The notes beneath the pieces were generated by a model. It ran no database searches. It was not told where the DNA came from and worked only from the letters and a program-made list of their open reading frames with translations. Made by a program: the position numbers and the translations under genes. A stretch of 64,000 bases of DNA from contig NC_089436.1 of assembly GCF_026210795.1 (NCBI RefSeq), positions 2,604,001-2,668,000 of the forward strand, read 5' to 3'. The DNA comes from Rhizophagus irregularis. Taxonomy: Eukaryota. Positions 38,834 to 51,942 of this stretch are shown here, one piece after another (position 1 is the first letter of the stretch; each line of letters starts with the position of its first letter).

Positions 38834-41800
38834 ATGGATTTTGTAATGACTATTGAGGATGATAATGAAGTAATTTCTCTTGAAGAAGAGAATAGTGACA
38901 TTAATGACGATACACAAATAAATAATACTAAAGCTAAAAAAACGAATAAAAAAGATAAAAAAGCTAATAAAAAGGAAAATAAAAAATTGAATAATGAAAA
39001 AAATAATGAAAAAAATAAAAGAGATGATAAAAATAATATTAATTCAGAAAATGATATTATTAATCCTGAATTTACATTTTTTATTGATGGAATTAATAAT
39101 AAACCAATTGAACATCCATGGGATTTTAATGCTGCAAGAGCTGGACTTAAACCAAAAATACCTGTAAGATAAATTAATAAAATATCAAAATTTTCAAGAA
39201 TTTTTCTAAAACAATTTATTTTCAGATTAATTATTTTAATTTTGATTCAACTTTTTAATAAAAAACAAAAAGGTTAAATCGAAATCTATTGATGAGATAA
39301 TTGAAAATAAACGATTGGAAGCAAAAAAAAAGAAAAATCATGAAATAAATGGTAACGATAAAAATGGTACAAATAAAAAAAACCAGTGAATTTTTTGATT
39401 TTTAAAGAAGTTTTTTTTTTTAATGATGGATTATTTTAATTTGTCAATAGATAAAAAAAAGATGAATTATGATGATGATGAACTTAGTGAATCAGAGAAG
39501 GATGATGATCTAGAGAAGAAGTATATCGATCGAAACAAAAAGAAAGAAACAATGAAACATGATGAGGTTAGCGAAGATGATCGAGCTGAAAATGACGAAG
39601 AGGAAGAAGATAGTGGTATTGATTAGCTTTTTATATTTATTTTTCTACGAAAAAGCTTATATACATATATGCTATATATATTAATTTTTCATGTATTTAG
39701 ACGAAGATGAGCCTTATACTTTTGGTGGAGGGGTTGATTATGTTATTGAAGATGAATATGTAGATACTAGTGAAAATGAGGATGAGGATGAGGATGAGAG
39801 ACCCGAAGAAAAAAACGAACAGAAGAAGAAAAAAGCTTCTAATTCTGAAGGTAAAATGTATGATAAAGATAGTAAAGAAGATGAAGATGAGGATGAAGAT
39901 GAGGATGAAGATGAAAGTGATGAAGATAGCAATGAAGACGACAACGAGTATGAAAGAGAGGTTTGCAATCTACTTTTAGTTTAAAGATTTATCTTTTGAA
40001 AATATCGAAGTTGTCTTACATATTTTATCCGTTAATATTTAGCGAAAAAAAGCATATTTTGCAGATAAATCCGAAATAATACAGAATGAAGATGCGGAAT
40101 CATTTCAAACAATGAATTTATCAAGACCAATATTGAAAGGACTAAGCCAGTTAGGATTTATTCAACCGACGCAAATACAAAAAGAAACTATACCTATAGC
40201 ACTTATGGGTAAAGATATTTGTGGGGGTGCAATAACAGGAAGTGGCAAAACAATAGCCTTTTTAGTACCAATAATAGAAAGATTATTTTATAGGCCAAGA
40301 CAAACAGCAGAAGTGAGAGTACTTATATTAGCACCTACACGCGAATTAACTATACAATGTCATAGTGTTGCTAGTAAATTAGCTGCTTTTACTGATATTA
40401 CTTTATGTCTCTGCGTTGGTTAGTATAGAAAGGTGTTGTTTTCTAGAAGAAATTTCCTTAAAAGAATTTTTTTTTAAAGTTTTTCTTTGTTTTCATTTAG
40501 GTGGGTTAAGTCTTAAACAACAAGAAACAGAATTGCGTGCACGCCCTGATATTGTTATCGCAACTCCGGGAAGACTTATTGATCATGTACGAAATTCGCC
40601 ATCTTTTTTACTGGAAAGTATCGAAATTCTAGTTATAGATGAAGCAGATCGGTAAGATAACTACAATCTCGGGTGTTATCCTATAAGAGCATACTAACTT
40701 CCCTTTTCCTTTTTTTATAGGATGCTGGAAGTCGGATTTGCGGATGAGTTAAACGAGATAGTTAAATATTGTCCAAAGTCAAGACAAACTATGTTGTTTT
40801 CAGCAACAATGACAGATAATGTAGATGAATTAATTCGCTTATCACTGAATAGACCAGTAAAATTAATGATAGATTCTATTAAGTCTACAAATACAAAATT
40901 AATTCAAGAATTTATTAGAATAAGAGAATACCAAGAAAAAAATCGGGAAATTATATTATTAATCTTATGTAAAAAGTATTTTAAACATAAGGTTATAATA
41001 TTTTTTAGAACAAAATCAGTTGCTCATGAAATGAAAGTTATTTTTGGATTATTAGGATTAAAAGCTTCCGAATTACATGGTAATCTTTCTCAAGAACAAG
41101 TAAGTTTCATGAATTTTAGAGTTTTCTTTTGATTACATGTTAATATATATATATTTATTAAAAAATGATTTTACAGAGACTGGAAGCCTTAGAAGCATTT
41201 CGAGATGGTAAAGTAGATTATTTATTGGCTACGGATTTAGCATCACGTGGATTGGACATTAAAGGAATTGAGACGGTTATAAATTATGATATACCACAAA
41301 GTTACGATCAATATATTCACAGAGTTGGTAGAACTGCTCGTGCGGGTAGAAATGGACGGTAAATATAAATTTTTTTTTTTTTAAGTACAATATAATGTAA
41401 AATACTAAGCATATACACAAAAATTTTATAAATATATAAAGGTCCGTTACGTTAACAGGAGAATCGGATCGTAAATTATTAAAATTGATAATAAAACATT
41501 CACAAAAAGAACAAATTAAAAAAAGGAAGATTGATGTAGAATTAATAAAAGAATATAGTAAAAAATTAGAAGATATTAAAGAAAAAGTAGAAGAAGTATT
41601 AAAAGAAGAAAAAGAAGAAAAATTAATGAACCAAGCTGAAATGGAATTATTAAAAGGCCAAAATTTATTAAAATACGAAAATGAAATTTTTAGTAGACCT
41701 GCGAGGACTTGGTTTCAATCAGAAAAAGAAAAGAAACTATCGAAAAACCTTTCTGCTGATAACATTGATGTCAAAAAAAGAATGAGAGATGAAAATGATA

Positions 41801-42234
41801 ACGAGGAAGGAGTAAATAAAAAGAAAATTAAAAGGGATAAATATGCTGGTATGTCTAGAAAGAAAAAAAGAAGAATGAAATTACGTGAGGATGATTCCAA
41901 TCCTCAGATGAAAATTGAAAATTTTAAAGCTGTGAGGTTAGCCAAAAAGAGTCGAAGACCCGCTAAAATTAATAAAATATCGGAAAATGATAAGACTAAA
42001 GAAAAGGCGAAAAATGGAGGTGAAAAGAAAAAGAAAAATAATGGTATTGGGTTCGAAATGGATTTAACTGATGTCACTAAAAAGGCGGCTTTTGCTGTTG
42101 TACCAAAAAATACAAATAAGAAAGGGAAAGGTGCAGGCAAGGGAAAAAGCAATGACGTTATTAAAAAGAAAGTTAAAAGTAGTAATGGTATAAAGAAAAA
42201 GAGTATGAATGTTAAAAGCAAACGAAGAAAATAG
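38834..42234 (+). CDS. DRS1: DEAD-box RNA helicase Drs1/DDX27
   Basis: MDFVMTI start, acidic N-terminus, [51 protein letters not shown], basic tail. Confidence 0.95.
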
Positions 42235-42452
42235 TATTAACAATATCGATTAGAACTGTGTTTATTTAAAATTTACAAATAGTTTGTTATAATAAAGTAT
42301 ATTAATTTGTGTTTTTTAAGTATCATAATTTAAAAATAAAGATATGATTTGATAATCAGTATCAACAAAAAAAAATTTGCAGTTCCTTTACTAAATTTAG
42401 ATAGAGGTTAAGACAAGTGCGCTATTTAAGAATTTTAACCCCCTAGTTAAAG

Positions 42453-43859
42453 ATGTGGCGGAATGATGTTATACGCACATTCAGATCAAAGTTTTTAGGA
42501 GAGGATCTTTTTATAAAAAAAAATTTTATCCATTGCAATTATATTAATTCTGCCAGTTTTCTACAATATAAGTAAGAAACGATTGTATTAGAATGTAGAA
42601 CATGTAAGATAATAATTAAATTCTGAGTAGAATTTTTTAAATAATAGTTACAGAATAAGGATGATATCTTCTTCTGGTGAATTTAAAGAAGAGGAAAACA
42701 ATGAAGCTGAAATAAGAAAAAAAGAAATTGAAGAAAAGTTGTGTGATGTTAAAAAACGTATCGAATCAATAACTCAAGGAAAACAAGTAATTGTTATGTA
42801 TCTCAGATAGAGCAAGATACAAATAGTTGGTAATCGAACTTTTTATAATTATTAGGCCAGATTAGTCGCAGTTAGTAAACTTAAACCAGTAACAGATATT
42901 CGTTTGGCTTATGAACTTGGACAAAGACACTTCGGTGAAAATTATGTAAGAATTTTATTAAAAAAAAAAAAATTATTTTTTGAAATTGATTTAATAAATA
43001 TATTTATTATTTATTACTTAGATACAAGAATTAGTTGAAAAAAGCGAAAAGGTAAAATAAAAGAAATTTATATGTAATAAAAACATCCCAATAAGTTAAT
43101 AATTTTATATCAGTTACCATCAGATATTCATTGGCATTTTATAGGAACATTACAAAGTAATAAATGTAAAATGCTAGCAGGTAATTAATATAAGTTAATA
43201 AAAGTTATCATTTATTTATTATTACAGTTATTAACTTAGTTATGTATTAAGGAATACCAAACTTGTGGGTGGTAGAAACAATGGATAGTATAAAAAAAGC
43301 GGATTTAATGAATAAAGCATGTGCATCAAGAAATGATAAGTTAAAAGTATTTCTTCAAGTGAATACAAGTGGTGAAGAATGTAATTACTTATTCATTTTT
43401 TTTTATTAAAATTGTTTATATAAGAATAACTAGTCTTTTTATCTTTATGTCATTCAGCCAAAAGTGGGATTGAACCAGGAGAATGTTTAGACGTATTAAA
43501 TCATATTCAAGATAATTGTAATAAATTAGAATTAATGGGTTTAATGACTATTGGAGCTCTTAATAGAGATTATTCTAATGAAAACCAACCAAATCCTGAT
43601 TTTGTAGTAAGAACATTTTTTTTTTTTGTAAAAAAATTAAAAAAAATCTTAATAATTGAAAATAATTTTTTTTTTGTAGTTGTTGAGTAATTTAAAGGAA
43701 GAATTTAAGAAAGCAAGAGGAATTGAGTTAGAATTAAGTATGGGAATGTCCAATGATTTTGAAGAGGCTTTGAAGTTAGGCGCTACTAATGTTCGTATTG
43801 GAAGTACTATTTTTGGTTCAAGACCATCAAAACAAGAATTAAAACCAAATAATATTTAA
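42453..43859 (+). CDS. PLPBP: PLP homeostasis protein (YggS/PROSC family)
   Basis: [59 protein letters not shown]. Start at 42453 (spliced extension) or 42661. Confidence 0.93.
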
Positions 43860-43929
43860 GGTATTTTATTACTGTATCATGTTGACAATGGTATTTTAAT
43901 GTTCAACATGTAACTTATAAAATAATCTT

Positions 43930-44699
43930 CTACCTAGTACCCCAGTTGAACATTGCAATAGAAACACTAACAGTATTAATAAACATCCTCAATGCTTTAA
44001 TGTATCCCAAAGTACTAGGCCTGTTTTATATAAATCACAAAAGTTAGTGAAATTTAGAGAAAATATAAAGCACGTATAATATAATAATGTTCACCATGAC
44101 TCCCAAATGTGTTGGGTACCAAGATCAGGAATGACCCATCCCAAGAATAAAATCATTCCTAATTGAAATGCTTGAGTATTCGTTTGAACGTTGGTCAAAT
44201 TCAAAAGTAAACCTGTAAAATAACACTTTTTTATAATAAAGGAATGTGAATTCTTGCGTTAAAGATGGTATTATCAAAAACTATCTACTCACTTGCAATA
44301 TTGATAAAATGAACGCGCCGATGAACCTATACCTAAAATATCAAATAACCCGTTACGACACATCGAATAATTATATAAAAAAAGGAATAAAAACGCGTTA
44401 CCGACTTCATGGTTTCTACGTTTCTTGGAAACCATTTATCTGTATGTTTATCTTCGTTCATTGCCTTTGTCCACTTATTACCCAATAGCGGTCCATATAT
44501 TAAGGCAGCTACGAGTAAACATAATAGTTGAATATTATTCCTTTAAGGAAAGTTAGACTTCGAATATCAAACCTGCTACGTGTTCAATTGCTGCTCCAAC
44601 AACTACAAGAAAAAGTATATTTAGAATAAGTTTGAGACTTGCAAAATATTTATAATACTTACAAATTGCTGGTAAATTTACGTGAGGAACGATAAACAT
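43930..44699 (-). CDS. Small multi-pass membrane protein, DUF1761-like
   Basis: MFIVPHVNLPAIFVGAAIEHVAAALIYGPLLGNKW...FIGAFILSILQ...LLLNLTN...LGMILFLGWVIP...IWESWP...FNWG; one internal splice junction unresolved. Confidence 0.65.
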
Positions 44700-44992
44700 T
44701 TTGTCAAAACTATCGAAAGGATTGGCGTAGCAGATCACTGAGAGTCTGGACGCAGTAATTTTGGAGTTTATACAGATGTGTATTACATCTAAATTTAGAA
44801 ATTTATTTAATTTATTTGAATTGTTCTGTGACGTTATGTTACAGCAAGAAACCCGACTACGCCAATTGCGCCACAATAATTAGTCATATCAAAAAAAACT
44901 ATAAATACCACAATTTTTTTTATCCATGTTATAAAAGACAAAGTATTTAAAGTATTTAAATTAATTTAATATAATTTAAAAATATTTATTAA

Positions 44993-46130
44993 ATGGCAAC
45001 TAAAAGAGTCTTGGTAAGTTTTTCAACTATAAATTGAATTATTATTTTGAATTTATTAATTAACTGATGATAAATTATTGCTGCGGTTTTGTTATAGTTA
45101 GTTGGCTTGGGAAACTACACACACCCACAAACACGGCATAGCATAGGGTTACTTCTTTTAGATTATATAGCATCACAATTAAATCTCACTTGGTCAAAAA
45201 AGAAATCAATTCATGCATACACTACGCAATCAATAACAATATACATTGATCCTTCTCTATCATCTAAGCAAACTCAAACTAAACAGTCAAAGAAAGAAAA
45301 GAAAGCAAAAAAGAAAAGATGGGATTTTGGTAGTGAATCAGATGAAGACACTGAAAGAAACATTATTAACGGTGATACTACTGAACAAGACGAGAACAAT
45401 TTAATCGGACCTTCTTTACCTCAAAACATATCCTCGGCTCCTATATCTCCACCAAATACGGTTGACCCCAGGAAATTTAAACCAAAACCTGATCCTGTTC
45501 CTTTAGAATTGACTCTGTTGAAACCATTATTATTAATGAATCATAGTGGGAAATCAGTCTCGAAAGCAGGTTTGTACTTGAGGATTACATTTTACGTAAT
45601 TTATTGAATATGAGCTTATTATTGATATAATCAAATAGTACGGGAACTTGGATTTTCTCATACAAATATCATTATCATTCATGATGATATGCAACGTGAA
45701 TTCGGTAAAATTAGCATAAAAAATGGCGGTAGTGCAAAGTGAGTCAAAACAAACACTAACCAAATCAACGAAGATCATGCATTAATATTTTACTATTGAT
45801 TGTAGTGGACACAATGGAGTCAAATCAGTGATCGATCATTTGAAAACTGATGTAAGTATAATTTTCTAGTTATCATCTACAGTATTTCTATATAACATCC
45901 CTGCAGTTTACACATTACATTCATTACCATTCATTCTCTTTTAGGAATTTCGAAGATTACGTATTGGTATAGGAAGACCTCCAGGTGAAATTAATGATAA
46001 GACACATGATATTGTGACAGATTTTGTTTTATCGCGTGTTCCCCATAATGAAATGGAAACTTACAATAGTGACATATTTCCAAGATGCAAAGATGAACTA
46101 TTTAAAGCTAGCATTCAGACTTTACAATAG
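44993..46130 (+). CDS. PTH1: Peptidyl-tRNA hydrolase (Pth1 type) with a large internal insertion
   Basis: LVGLGNY..TRHSIG; LKPLLLMNHSG; IIHDDM; GGSA-NGHNGVKS; RLRIGIGRP. Confidence 0.92.
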
Positions 46131-46455
46131 ATTTAGAATTAGTACAATAGATTTAGAATTAGCACGTGATTATGTACATAATCTAGCCTCTTATGTGCTT
46201 ATACTGTATACCGTTTGAGCATATTGTGTATCCATAGATCCGCGTTATATACGAAAACCATCTACTATATAAGTAACTTAGATACCTTTTCGCGTATTAA
46301 AAAATTTTTAATAATAAAAAACCAAAATATAAGTATTTCACACATTTCTTTCTTCTTTAAAAGAACAATTATATTTTTTTACTTTTTTTGTTTTATTTTT
46401 CTATAATAAGGAGTGATTTTTTTTTGCATATTTTATATTTTTGACTACTATAAAA

Positions 46456-49141
46456 ATGCCAACCAATTTATTAGTTTCGGCATCAACTAATATTAAAGTA
46501 TGGGATTTAATGTCGAGGGATAAGAACTCTAATGAAATCGAGACTTCAAAAGTTATTCCGGAACACTTGCTCGGTGCTGAGGTTGCTTCGTTTACACCTA
46601 ATAATACTTCAACTGCCGTTAATGTAGCTCGTTGGAGTCACGATAGTAAGACTTTTTTAATATTTTATAAATCGATCTAAATTTTCGATACAAGGCTATA
46701 CTATATGATGGGATAAGTTTGAACTATAGATATATGTAAAATTATTATAGGTTAATAATATTCTTCTATTTTAGACCAATTATTGGCCGTGGCAGGGAAT
46801 GATGGAACTCTTACAATACATAATTCGCAAGGAACACTTATAGAAACAATACTATCAAACGATAATGAATCGGTAACGTTTTTATTCAATTTAAAAATTT
46901 GATCTCTTTCTAATCGTTAACATTTAATTACTTATATATTATTAGAATGATTATGCAGATATTAATGCACTCCGATTCCTAAATAAATCACAATATATTT
47001 TATTCGGAGGATCCGATAAAATTGTTAACGTTTGGGATCGTAAGGAATCAACTTTTATTGAACCTTTTAAAGTAAGTCCATAGTAATTTATTGAATATTA
47101 AATAATTTAATCTTGTTAATCGTATTTACAATATATTAGGGTCATCGAAGTACTATAACATGTATCGACTTGAATTTGGATGAATCCATCGTGGCTAGTT
47201 CCGCATTAAATGGAAATATCATTATTCACAACCGTCAAAAATCAAATACATGTAATAATTTGACTGTATTGACGAAACAAGTGTGTTAAATTGCTATTTA
47301 TTTATTTAAGTATTTAAATTTAAATTTTATTTTAATCATCATTAATTAACATATTATATTTCTTAGCCAATAAATGTTTTGCAATACTCTTATGTCAAAC
47401 GAGGTCTTTTGGCTGCTGGAGGTGATGATGGATCGTTACGACTATGGGATACTGGTGTATCTACAACAGCAATACAGAAATATGAAAAAGCCCATCATTC
47501 AGAGATTAAGGGAATAGCCTTTTCTCCTTCCAATCAACATTTGTTGATAAGTGCAGGAATGGATAAACGTATTGTTTTATATGATGTTAGCAAAAAAGAG
47601 TATGTAAATGAATTAATCATTTTCAAGATTGAGTTAGCATGAATGGCCCTGAACATTTGTTATTTCTTTCTGGTGTAGAAATATTAATACTTAAACTTTA
47701 TTATAAAAATAAAGGAGTCTGAAAAATATACACACAGATTCGCCTTTAACGGCTTTAGCTTTTAGGGCGGACTGTGTCACTATAGCAGCTGGTACGCTGC
47801 AAGGTAGGTACTTGCAAAATTTTAATTTATTTGTCATCTATATGCTTATTTTATAATTGATTTATTTTAATTTTTATTTTTTTATTTTTTTTTCTTGCAA
47901 TAGGTAAGATTTTAATATATGACTTACGTTCATACAACAAAGCTATGTGTACATTATATGGGCACGAGCCTCATCCCATTCAATGTTTGCAATTTCAGGT
48001 AAACCATAATTTACTAGAGCTAATTTTTCAAAAAGCATCAATATTCACGGTTTAAATTTATATTAGGAGAAAGAACGTGTATCTGTGCGACGCCCTACTT
48101 TGAGTAGGAACAAAAGCGGTCATGTTAGAACATCATCAAAAGAATCAATTCTCGTTTCCCCTAACAGATCAACAAAAGCTTCGCCAACGCCATCTCCCCC
48201 AGCATCTAGTGAATCAAAGGAAAAGAATTACATGGATATGTTTTCACCGATCAAGGATTCGGTTGAAGATAGTGTTGTGAATGATGTAAAAGCTACAAAT
48301 AAAACAACAAATAAAAATATTACGAAAATTCCATCGCCAGTCAAAAGCGATATAATAAGTTCAGGTATAATAGATAACCTGAAAGCACGTTTAGTCAATA
48401 AAGTCGGAGAAGCAATAAATGAAGTGCAAAAGTTACCGATAATTGGAAATAGTGATTCTATTTTGCCGGATACAACAAGTCCAAAGAAACGGGTAGCTTT
48501 TATGGATCTTGAATCAATTCCTAACAAAAATGACATTACCACTGCTTCCGCAAGTAACGGTAAAATTAATCACATAAATCATAACGGGACGACTATAACT
48601 AATGAAAATATTGTCTCCGCTGTTGTTACTGCTAGTAGTAGCAATGCTGATAACATGAATAATAATGGGACTGCTATAATTAATGAGAAAATCGATACTG
48701 TTACATCCAATAGTGATAGTAATATTGATAACATAATTCCTAATGGGACTACTATCGTTGATAAAAATCTTGACACATCCACTTCCAATAGTAATAATAG
48801 TAATAATAGTCCAAATAGTAATAATAGTACAACAGGCACAGCAACAAGCTTTCAACTTCAAGTTATTGGAAGCGTTGTTGATGAATGTTTGCAAGATTTT
48901 CGGATATCATTACGAAACGATATACAAAATATGCATTTGGAATTGTTACGACAGTTCCATATTCAAAAGGTATCTTTATTTTTAATGATTATTATAATTA
49001 TATTTATAATATTCTAATCCTTGTTTTTTACAGACGGAAATGGAAATGATGTTTCTAAAATATTGTGGAGAAACAATGTCATTACGAGAAGAAGTTGAAC
49101 GACTTCGTGAAGAAAATCAACGGCTAAGAATGAAATTGTAA
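46456..49141 (+). CDS. NEDD1: NEDD1/GCP-WD gamma-tubulin ring complex targeting factor
   Basis: N-terminal WD40 repeats, low-complexity linker, and C-terminal FQLQVI..VVDECLQDFR..LRNDIQNMHLELLRQFHIQ...LREEVERLREENQRLR. Confidence 0.9.
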
Positions 49142-49369
49142 ATTACGGAGAAGATCAAAGTAAATGATATATTTTGAAATTTGAAAATACATTTGTGTAT
49201 AATAAAGGGCCAAAAAGGAGCTGAGAATCATGGATAATTTTATTCAAATTATTTTCATATTTTCTAGAACATTTAATAATAATTAATTTTTTTTAAAAAA
49301 AAAAGAAACCGAATAGAAAAGAACAAAATCGCAATAAAAAAATGTTTAGATAACAGACTTTATTGTTAT

Positions 49370-50092
49370 TTAATTTTGACTAAAATTATTAAAAATATGA
49401 GAAGACCTTTGCGATTCAATTAACCAACCTTCATTATCAAAAAAAACTCCTTCTTTAGCTAATCTTTCTAATTTAGAATTAATTTTTTCATTTTTATTCT
49501 TATTATCATCTTGATCACAAACTTTTCCCTTTTTATCTCTACCAAACCATTCACCATCAAAACCACCAATAAAGAAATTAGAGGCAATAACGCGGTGACA
49601 TGGTATCGGTGAAGGAGCAAAAGGATTAACACGGAGTGCATTCCCAACCGCACGTGGTGATGATGATAGAGCTGTTGCTAGTGACTTATATGTTGAAACA
49701 TACCCTTTTTTTTAAGGAAAAAAAAGGTTAGTAAAAAAGTAAAAATTTATTTCAAAATATATAAATCATATTACCTTCAGGAATCTAAATTGGATTCACA
49801 ATAAAAGAAAATAGACAGTTGATCGAGGTCTTAATTAGATTAAATCATAACAACATTATGAAAATGTGAGTTAGTTAATACTCGTTACCTGAGAACAAAG
49901 ATCATATACTTTAAATTGAAATTCTGTTATAATTCTACCGGTCTTTAAATTTTTAAAAGATTTACGGTCGTTTTCTGTTAATGGAAAATATATTGATGGT
50001 GAAGAGTTTATAATCATAGAATTAGCCAATACATTTTCAGTGTCATTTAATAACTCTGAAGTATAATTATTATCAGCGATAGAACACATCAT
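49370..50092 (-). CDS. MGT1: O6-methylguanine-DNA methyltransferase
   Basis: TEFQFKVY..CSQ-IPEG-YVSTY...PRAVGNAL..NP...PCHRV active site; includes a 10-nt micro-exon at 49784-49775. Confidence 0.93.
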
Positions 50093-50359
50093 TAGTTTTT
50101 TAGCAGGAAATTTTTTAAAAAAATGGGACAGAAGCGGTCATTAAATAAATGATGGAATATTCAAAACAAAATGCAGATCAGATCTTTTGGTTAACATATT
50201 TCATTATTTGATTGACTAATTAGGTAAGTAAATTGCCGCAGGCACAGTCTAAGTTATAATATTATTAATGTAAATGTTACTGTGCCCGAAAAACAAAATG
50301 ATGACAAATTCTATTAATAATGTTATCTTTTCAAAATCGGAAAATAAATTTTTAAAGTT

Positions 50360-51230
50360 TCATAGTAGAAAGTTGTTCATCAGCAATCGGACACTTCGAA
50401 ATACCGGAGTTGGGTATGGAACGGATTATTATAGTATAATAATAAGTTTATTTTTAACTCACGGGCAGTCTCGCGATACATCGAAAATAAATTTCCTACT
50501 TCGGTCTTTCGAAGGTTCCACCGGGTCTATCGAAGATCCGCCCGCCTGATTTCTTTATTTTTCGAATAGTCCGGTTCATCGAAACTGCCCGTGTACATGT
50601 TTTCAACGATAGACTTACAGGTATGGAAATCTAAACTGATCCCCTTATTCCCCTAGGATCCTTGAGATTATTCAACAGCTCTGGCCTCTGGATGAAATAA
50701 TGAATTGAATGATTAGTCCGAATTTGGATCGAAACCCTAATTTGCTATTGATTTGAATTTGTATGCTAATCTAAAAACTGACCCTAGAAGTTTTTTTAAG
50801 AAAAATTGTTTACAATATATGAAATAAAGTACGCGTAGTCAAATTCTGCTCTACTCAGTCCGACGTTTTGTTTCGTAATCAAGACTTGACTCGCATTGAA
50901 TAATCAATCTTTGAATTTCTCACAAATTGAATTGTTCATATTTATATTTACCGCAAGTTACTAGATAATGATTAATAAATAAGATTCTACATCCTCTAAG
51001 GAAATTAATTGGCCTTTTTGTTTGATTAAGTTTGTTCTTTAATTATAAATGATTTTGGTTACTTGTCGAAGGCACTTATAATCGTATTTAATCTATATTT
51101 TACATTTCATTTGTGAATAAGTGGATGATACTAAGAAATTCGTCTAAACAGAATTTGACAGAATTTAAATCTTTATACATTTATTACTTTAAAAGGATAA
51201 TTATTGGCTGATGAAATAGTGCGATATGAT
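50360..51230 (+). ncRNA. Candidate long structured ncRNA (telomerase-RNA hypothesis)
   Basis: No credible ORF. Nested long-range helices 50376-84/51207-15, 50460-69/50584-93 and 50838-48/51149-59; AACCCTAA at 50733-40 preceded by a short hairpin. Strand uncertain. Confidence 0.35.
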
Positions 51231-51942
51231 AAATGTTCCTTACGTAAGAAACTAGTAATCTATACGGTTCAAAAATTATAACTCTTAATTCTTAACATCA
51301 GAAAAACTGGGAATTGTTATGTTAACGCATCTATTTTTATTACAGTTATCATGTTAAATAAAGGAAACAATTTCATTCAGAAAGTGCTTCCAAATTAGAT
51401 TCATAAAATTACTACCGTTGACAATAAAACTAAACATTACCGTTAATAAAAACGAAATTCGCAATAACCTTTGCATTTTGTAGAGTGAAATATCACTTAC
51501 CATAAAATAATAATAACATCAGTAACATCAATAACCCATTATATAAACATACAATGAAAAATTAAATTTCTTCGCAACACAAACAAACACAGTAATATCC
51601 ATATTCATTTGTTCCAATAGAAAAAAATCTTTTGGTTCTTTGGTCTTGGTTATTTATTATTATTATTATATGTATTATCGTATTATTTGTTATTTCGGAA
51701 ATTCTGATAACAAAAAGCATACATGTGCTAGGGTTACCAAAGAATTCTATTGATGTAAAATAAATGTCAAGGTAAAAGTAAGATGAGGTTCGTTCAATAA
51801 AATAAAATAGTAAAAAAAAAGAAATAAATTCGTATTTTGTATAAGCAAAATACAAACAAGTTATAAATACGAATATAAAAAATGAAAAATAATTATAATA
51901 TTACTATCAATAACATTCATTCACAAACTAATTCTCAATTTC

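Noticed and set aside
48970..49033. NEDD1 last intron starting GTATCTTT as a U12-type intron
   Set aside because: Deviates from GTATCCTT and lacks a TCCTTAAC branch site.
50221..50232. TACTTACCT on the minus strand as a U1 snRNA 5' end
   Set aside because: No U1-70K or U1A loops or Sm site downstream; more simply a splice-donor-like sequence on the plus strand.
50355..50385. CUGAUGA...GAAAC hammerhead-like core on the minus strand
   Set aside because: Stem II cannot form, and stems I and III are absent.
50400..50580. RNase P/MRP RNA assignment for the structured region
   Set aside because: Only partial CR-I- and CR-V-like words; no P3 domain, and spacing is inconsistent.
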